From: a virus
IMG/VR virus record: IMGVR_UViG_3300011112_000003
Span: 1-64,000 of that record
DNA length: 64,000 nt
Direction: 5' to 3' (one strand)
Below are positions 59,081-64,000 of this stretch, one piece after another (within the stretch, counting starts at the first letter, position 1; each line of letters opens with the position of its first letter). Both the position numbers and the translations under genes were made by a program. The notes beneath the pieces are model-generated. The model was not told the origin of the DNA, ran no database searches, and was given only the letters and a program-made list of their open reading frames with translations.

Positions 59081-59129
59081 GTACGTACGGTACCGCAACC
59101 GCGTACGTACTGCAAGCGCATTTGGATAA
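59081..59129 (-). promoter_or_regulatory. Promoter with paired GTACGTAC operators
   Basis: TTATCCAAA..TTGCA GTACGTAC N14 GTACGTAC (59103-10, 59081-88). Confidence 0.65.
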
Positions 59130-59131
59130 AG

Positions 59132-59336
59132 CTAATTGAATCTGTATTTCGCTCGGTACATGTGGGCTTCCCCGGGGACCTCTCCAAGGTCGTAGCCCGT
59201 CGCCTCCGGGCGGAGCCTGCGCCATTGCCCGATCGTGGAACTCCCGAGACGCCTTATCGAGGTCGAAGGGCGTGGGCACCTCGCAGCGCAGGCGGCGCAT
59301 ACGCTTGGCGAACTGCACGTTGTTCTCACTACGCAT
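59132..59336 (-). CDS. Leader-motif family protein (apparent 1-nt frameshift near 59229)
   Basis: MRSENNVQFAKRMRRLR; the +1 frame continues QWRRLRPEATGYDLG...FN-stop just before the promoter. Confidence 0.45.
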
Positions 59337-59691
59337 CCCCAGACCCTCGGCGGAACAAGGCCTTCACCTGAATCTCCGCGCTCCACAGGCCGGACGCAAC
59401 CCATGGGCGGATGCGCACGATGTGGTGCTCTTTGAGCTTCGGGTTACCGCCCGGTTGCCTGGTCACCAGAATGCGCGGCGCAAGTAGATGCTCGCGGGGC
59501 AGGTAGTGCATCTGATCGTCCGGCACGCGGTTGCCCAGCAGCGAGCACGGGATCACATCGAACCCATCCTGCAGTTGGGTCGACCGCATGACCATGTGCA
59601 GTTCGATCCATGCGAGCAGTGCAGACTTGTCACCCCGCTTGGCCCGCATGTGCGCCGCGAACTCTTCGGCGCCTAGCTCAGTCGTCGTCAC
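59329..59691 (-). CDS. Leader-motif family protein
   Basis: (GTG)TTTELGAEEFAAHMRAKRGD. Confidence 0.65.
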   Translation of the reverse strand: MTTTELGAEEFAAHMRAKRGDKSALLAWIELHMVMRSTQLQDGFDVIPCSLLGNRVPDDQMHYLPREHLLAPRILVTRQPGGNPKLKEHHIVRIRPWVASGLWSAEIQVKALFRRGSGDA

Positions 59692-60037
59692 GGGGCGGCG
59701 GGGCCTTGCGCCCGAGCAGGGCCACCATGTGTTGACGATGGCCCGCGGCACATTCCAACCAGAACCTGACCTCAGCCATACGCTGCTCCGCGGAACGCAG
59801 TGCGCGCCGCATGTCTGCCTGGATCTCCAACACCTCCCGGGGTGTGCCTCCGGGCGGCGGGAAATCGCGAGGGTCCGTGTAAGCGAGCGTAATATCCAGT
59901 CGCGCCGCCTGGGCTTGCTCGCGCGCGATGAGGTGGGCGAGCGCGACTTCGGTACCGCCTTTCTTGCACACCTCCGAGAACTCACGCTGCAGCGCTTCGA
60001 TTGGATCTTCGGTGGGGGGTGTCTCTTCGTCTGCCAT
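59678..60037 (-). CDS. Hypothetical protein
   Basis: ATG 12 nt after TATCCGA motif. Confidence 0.55.
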   Translation of the reverse strand: MADEETPPTEDPIEALQREFSEVCKKGGTEVALAHLIAREQAQAARLDITLAYTDPRDFPPPGGTPREVLEIQADMRRALRSAEQRMAEVRFWLECAAGHRQHMVALLGRKAPPPRDDD

Positions 60038-60060
60038 GCCCACGCTATATCGGATAAGAG

Positions 60061-60669
60061 CTACGCGATGCCAATGGTCCGCGCGTACACTTCTCTCGCT
60101 CGTGCCTGCGCGGAGCGGGCCTTTCCAGTCGCCTGCCAGATCTCCGGGTCGGTGTGCCCCGGGTCCCGGTCATCGAGGGCGTGCAACATTTCGTGAATGA
60201 CGGGCTCGCCTTCGCTGATCACCAGGCTGATTAGGCTTACGCGAATCACGGCGAGGGGCATGTGCCCTCCAACGCTTCGCGGAACCTCGTCCAGGTACGC
60301 AGCTGCTTTCCGCAAGTACTCCCGCGGCTCGTGGTCGAACTCCACATCGGGTCTGAACCAAACCGCCACCTCCCCGATTTTCTTGTGGGGGCCGGTCTGC
60401 CCGGTAAGGGTCCAGCCGTGGCCCGTTGCAGCCACTGCTTTCGCACAGGACCCTTGCAGTACGATACTCGGCGCCCCCGCGGAGGTCAGCACGTGGACCT
60501 CGTAACCCTCGTAACCCGAGGTCCTGCGCGACCCTTCCAGGCCCGGCCAACGGTACCGACGACCAAGCCAGAAGTAGTGCAGCAGCAGCCAGACACCAGC
60601 AAACAGCAACCCCCCAACCGAGATGATGGTGATAACCCAATCTTTCACGTCCATTTCACTAATGCTCAT
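60061..60669 (-). CDS. Membrane-anchored protein with HExxH
   Basis: N-terminal TM; IHEMLH. Confidence 0.55.
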   Translation of the reverse strand: MSISEMDVKDWVITIISVGGLLFAGVWLLLHYFWLGRRYRWPGLEGSRRTSGYEGYEVHVLTSAGAPSIVLQGSCAKAVAATGHGWTLTGQTGPHKKIGEVAVWFRPDVEFDHEPREYLRKAAAYLDEVPRSVGGHMPLAVIRVSLISLVISEGEPVIHEMLHALDDRDPGHTDPEIWQATGKARSAQARAREVYARTIGIA

Positions 60670-60867
60670 GATCTGCCTACTACCTCCGCAAGACGGTCCT
60701 CTACTTGTCGCGCACGCTCTTCTCGTTTGACCTTGCTGGCCATCTTCAGGATCTTGCGCGCGAGCGACGGGAAATGCTCGCTGCGAACAACCGTCCAGAA
60801 CTCCCTGTGGAGCGGCAGCATCCTGAAGATATGTACGAGCAGCTTGACCTCGCCAGGGGTGAAGCTG

Positions 60868-61368
60868 TTACTGGCCGCTACTCTCCGCCTGAGCTTCTTC
60901 CCGTTTTCTGCCACCCGCGACCTCACACCTCTCCGCCCATGCTTGGATGGACTCGAACGCAGCCAGATCAGTCGCGTGTTCCTCATCGGATAGCGCGCAG
61001 AAGATAGAACTCTCGACGGGACCGCTGGCCACGATGAGCCGCCCGAGCCCACGGGCGGCCGTCCGGTTGGCCCTGATCTGCGCGAGCGCGTAGCCCGCCT
61101 CGAACCACGCACCCGCTGTGCGGGTCTCAGGCGTCAACAGCCAAAAGACCCGGGCGGTGTCAACCATGTCCAGGTCTTTGGTGGCGTAGCCTCGCGCGTC
61201 CTCCCGCGATAGCTCGGCGTCCGTCGGCCCCCCGTCAGCCTGGACGTCCGCTATGACCGCGGCCCAGTCGTACGCCAGCTCCAGGTACCGGGAACCCAGT
61301 AGCAGCCCCTTCACGAAAGTGAATCGGGCGGTCTCTTTACTGGATGCGGCGACGTAGACTTTGATCAT
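60868..61368 (-). CDS. Nucleoside 2-deoxyribosyltransferase-like protein
   Basis: KVYVAASS, DW, A.KDL..V..A, GAWFEAGYALA. Confidence 0.65.
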   Translation of the reverse strand: MIKVYVAASSKETARFTFVKGLLLGSRYLELAYDWAAVIADVQADGGPTDAELSREDARGYATKDLDMVDTARVFWLLTPETRTAGAWFEAGYALAQIRANRTAARGLGRLIVASGPVESSIFCALSDEEHATDLAAFESIQAWAERCEVAGGRKREEAQAESSGQ

Positions 61369-61410
61369 GCCCTACTTTATCGGATAGGCCCCCCCGATCA
61401 GTGTAGAGCT

Positions 61411-62184
61411 TTACGGCGTGGCTACCAAATCCCCGGCGAGGAAAGCTGTCAGCTTGAGTGCGCTGGTGAGCGACAAGTTCGTGACCTGTAGGGCGCTTGC
61501 CTGCACCGTCCCCAAGAAATAGGCCTGGAGACCCTCCGCCGCCGATGAGCCCGCTGGGTCGGCCGGTCGAAGCACCTGAATGTCCGTTGTGCCAGGCTCC
61601 GCAGCAGTTCCCGCGTTGGTGGCAGCTGTGAGCCCCAGGGCCGTCAGAACGGCTGCTGTGCTCGACGCCAGGACTTCTACGGTGCTACTCGGTCCGGTCG
61701 ACAGGGAGCGCAGCAGTAGCTCGGCCACGTTGGGGAAGGCGATCGGCTTGGCCACGAACGCGGCATTGGTGTTCGCCGCGTCGAAGTTGATGCGGGCCAC
61801 CACCTCGTCGCGGGTCTGGTCGGCCACGTCGAAGGTGACAGTGATCGGGATGGTGTCCACGACCAACTCCAGCACCTCCCCCCCTGTGAATCCCGTCGGG
61901 TACGTCCCCGCAACGCCCAGCAGCACACCAGCCGTGGCGAGCGCGGCCGCGAGCGCAAGGGAAAACTCACTGTCGCCCGACAGGTAGAGGTAGCGAAGAT
62001 CGGTGATGTCGCCGAAGTCGATCTGCTCCGTCTCACCACCCAAGATCTCATAGGTCGTGGTGGTCGAGTGCTCCAGCGTATCCAGGATCTGACTGATCAC
62101 GCCCTGACCGCCGAACACCTTGTTGACGAGGTCGCCGTTGAGACCTGCAATCAGGTCAAGAGTGGTTGAGATACGAATGCCCAT
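61411..62184 (-). CDS. Virion structural protein
   Basis: Follows portal; ITVTF...T.DEVVARIN, L.L.S..TG.SS...V, L.ALGL beta-rich pattern. Confidence 0.55.
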   Translation of the reverse strand: MGIRISTTLDLIAGLNGDLVNKVFGGQGVISQILDTLEHSTTTTYEILGGETEQIDFGDITDLRYLYLSGDSEFSLALAAALATAGVLLGVAGTYPTGFTGGEVLELVVDTIPITVTFDVADQTRDEVVARINFDAANTNAAFVAKPIAFPNVAELLLRSLSTGPSSTVEVLASSTAAVLTALGLTAATNAGTAAEPGTTDIQVLRPADPAGSSAAEGLQAYFLGTVQASALQVTNLSLTSALKLTAFLAGDLVATP

Positions 62185-62187
62185 GCT

Positions 62188-63915
62188 TCAGCTCCCTACG
62201 TCGATTTCGATGTGTCGACGGCCCTCTGCGACCGACTCGCGCCGCTCGGATTTTCGTAGTTCCTCTGCGACGATATTGGAGACCGTCAGGGATGCCGCAA
62301 GTGCCTCAGCCTGCGAATCCGCAAACCCCCCATCGCCCCCATCACCATCCTGGTCGGCGGGCTCGTCGTCACCGCCATCGCCGGGCTCGTCGTCGCCAAA
62401 CAGATCGTCGTTATCCTCCGACCCATCGCTTTCGCCCGCGCCCAAGTCCTCACCATTGCCGTCGGTGCCCTCCTGGGCCGACTTGTTCGCCTGCCACACA
62501 GTGTTCAGGATAACCTGACCCAGCCCGTCGGGTAGCGGCTCCAAGTCCTGCTCCGCGCGGATCTCATCGACGTACTTCCAGTTCTCCACCTCAGTCTTGC
62601 GGCGCTCACGCTCTTTGCCTTCCGCCTTCGCGTCGAGGCCCGTGAACTGGAACTCTAGCTCGGGCGCTAGCTCCCAGATGAGGTGGCGATTGATATTGTC
62701 GGAGACGTGATCAGCAAGCGGCGCGAGCCCCTTGTCCTTCGACTCGACCACCTCCGCTTCGTTCGGTCGGGACTGGCTGAGGCTCGACGTCTGTCCGCTG
62801 TTGCCAAAGATGAAGTTGATCTCCGTCGGGTCAACGCCGTAGATCGCACAGATCAGCTTCGTGAGCCAATCCATCCACTGGCCGTACTCCATCTCCCGAT
62901 TGTTGGTGTGCATGTTGATCCACTGCACCTCCTCGGAGTTTAGGATAGGAGTTTTCCACGCGTTCTGGACGCCCGTGATCATCGAATACCACATGCGCCG
63001 GAACGCACGGAGCTGCCGGTCGGGTAGGGAACCCTTGATATTTAGGATCCCCTTGATGGCGCTACCCTGCGTGAAAAATCTTGTATTATATTCAAAACCG
63101 TACAGCCACGCGGTCACCAAGCGCACGATCTGTTCAGTCGGAGCGAAGCCAAAACCATTCGTGCGCAGGTCCGAACGCGGGTTCATGACGCACCATGCAA
63201 GGTCGTCGACCCCGAACTCGGCGATGACTGAGTTGTCGTAGACCTGCAGGTGGGACACCCGGCTGCGCAGCTCGGACGTCGTCATGTGCTCGGTGTCCGC
63301 GACCGCGGGGCGGATGGTCTCTGCGGGCAAGCAGATAAAGCGCGAGGGGCGCTGCGCCCGGTCGCGGATCTTCTCGAAGCACCATTGGTCGTATGTGAGG
63401 ATATCGCGCGTCGACTTCTTTATGAACATGCGGAAGCTGTCACGATCGGATGGCCGCTCATCGGGCTGCAGGAACGCAGTCGTTTCGAGCATGGCTTCCA
63501 GCTGGGCCGCTTGCCTTTGCTCAGACGAGGTCATCTTGACCATGTTGTCGCGGCGGTCCCGCTTGATGATCCTGTAACCCTTATCGTAGACACCCTGCTG
63601 CGGGCGCGCGAAGGCCGCGAGCTGATTGGTGCGCAACTGGATGATCGCTGCGATCACCGTGTTCTGCACCGCCATCTGCCGCAGCGATTCGTAGGTCAAA
63701 CTGCTCGGTCGCTGGCGCCAACCCCCCCAATCCATCACTGAGTACGGATCGTGAAAAAGAGCCCTTGGCTTCTCGTCTGTGGGTTGCGCCAACGTACCAA
63801 AACCCGTCGACGCGAGCGCCTTCTGCATCTCGTCGAAGGGCACATCCTCCTGGCTAGTGTCCTGCCAACTGACCAGTTCACGAGCAGTGCCTGCGATGTC
63901 ACCGATAAGTCCCAT
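62188..63915 (-). CDS. Portal protein (SPO1/Twort-like)
   Basis: AII..R.NQ...F, F..F.....RD.LTYDQ, NPRSD....G.G..P.E, N..FF.QG...GIL, W..WL...ICA.Y..DP.EI. Confidence 0.92.
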   Translation of the reverse strand: MGLIGDIAGTARELVSWQDTSQEDVPFDEMQKALASTGFGTLAQPTDEKPRALFHDPYSVMDWGGWRQRPSSLTYESLRQMAVQNTVIAAIIQLRTNQLAAFARPQQGVYDKGYRIIKRDRRDNMVKMTSSEQRQAAQLEAMLETTAFLQPDERPSDRDSFRMFIKKSTRDILTYDQWCFEKIRDRAQRPSRFICLPAETIRPAVADTEHMTTSELRSRVSHLQVYDNSVIAEFGVDDLAWCVMNPRSDLRTNGFGFAPTEQIVRLVTAWLYGFEYNTRFFTQGSAIKGILNIKGSLPDRQLRAFRRMWYSMITGVQNAWKTPILNSEEVQWINMHTNNREMEYGQWMDWLTKLICAIYGVDPTEINFIFGNSGQTSSLSQSRPNEAEVVESKDKGLAPLADHVSDNINRHLIWELAPELEFQFTGLDAKAEGKERERRKTEVENWKYVDEIRAEQDLEPLPDGLGQVILNTVWQANKSAQEGTDGNGEDLGAGESDGSEDNDDLFGDDEPGDGGDDEPADQDGDGGDGGFADSQAEALAASLTVSNIVAEELRKSERRESVAEGRRHIEIDVGS

Positions 63916-63918
63916 GAC

Positions 63919-64000
63919 CTACTTCACGTGCCTCCAGTTACGACCGCATATGACCTGCGAAATCGTCGGCTGTTTCACACCATACTCGCGTGCCAGGCTG
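63919..64000 (-). CDS. C-terminal HTH of a probable HNH endonuclease (partial)
   Basis: LAREYGVKQPTISQVICGRNWRHVK-stop resembles the tail of 7647-8270. Confidence 0.6.
   Translation of the reverse strand, partial: SLAREYGVKQPTISQVICGRNWRHVK

Noticed and set aside
51651-59691. CRISPR array or integron as the explanation for the leader repeats
   Set aside because: Repeats are degenerate, protein-coding and 200-570 bp apart; no cas or integrase gene and no attC-like palindromes were seen in the window

Overview
The window is a 64-kb slice of a large, GC-rich myovirus-type phage genome, coded almost entirely on the minus strand. In transcription order (high to low coordinates) it holds a SPO1/Twort-like virion module: portal (62188-63915), MuF-like head protein, prohead protease, scaffold, major capsid, LamG fibre protein, neck proteins, sheath, tube, frameshifting tail chaperone and the start of the tape measure gene. 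About 43 kb of small accessory genes split the head module between portal and protease. These include thyA, MazG-like proteins, a DnaQ-like exonuclease, an SF2 helicase, a beta-clamp-like protein, Tad1 and other candidate anti-defence sponges, and a ubiquitin-like protein. The most unusual feature is an array at 51.6-59.7 kb: 16 small, mostly translationally coupled genes (plus 3 dispersed copies) share an about 20-aa N-terminal leader, MTxxLS(N/D)xx(F/Y)AxxMRxxRGExP, fused to largely unrelated bodies. Two recurring regulatory motifs are visible: TATC(C/A)G(A/C)TA, usually 11-13 nt (counted from TATCCGA) before an ATG, and paired GTACGTAC palindromes at four intergenic sites, one in front of an RHH regulator gene. 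Several single genes are flanked by 13-19 bp direct repeats. Host-like TPR and GDGDGD lipoprotein genes suggest a Myxococcota host. All family assignments come from motif recognition by eye, not from database searches.
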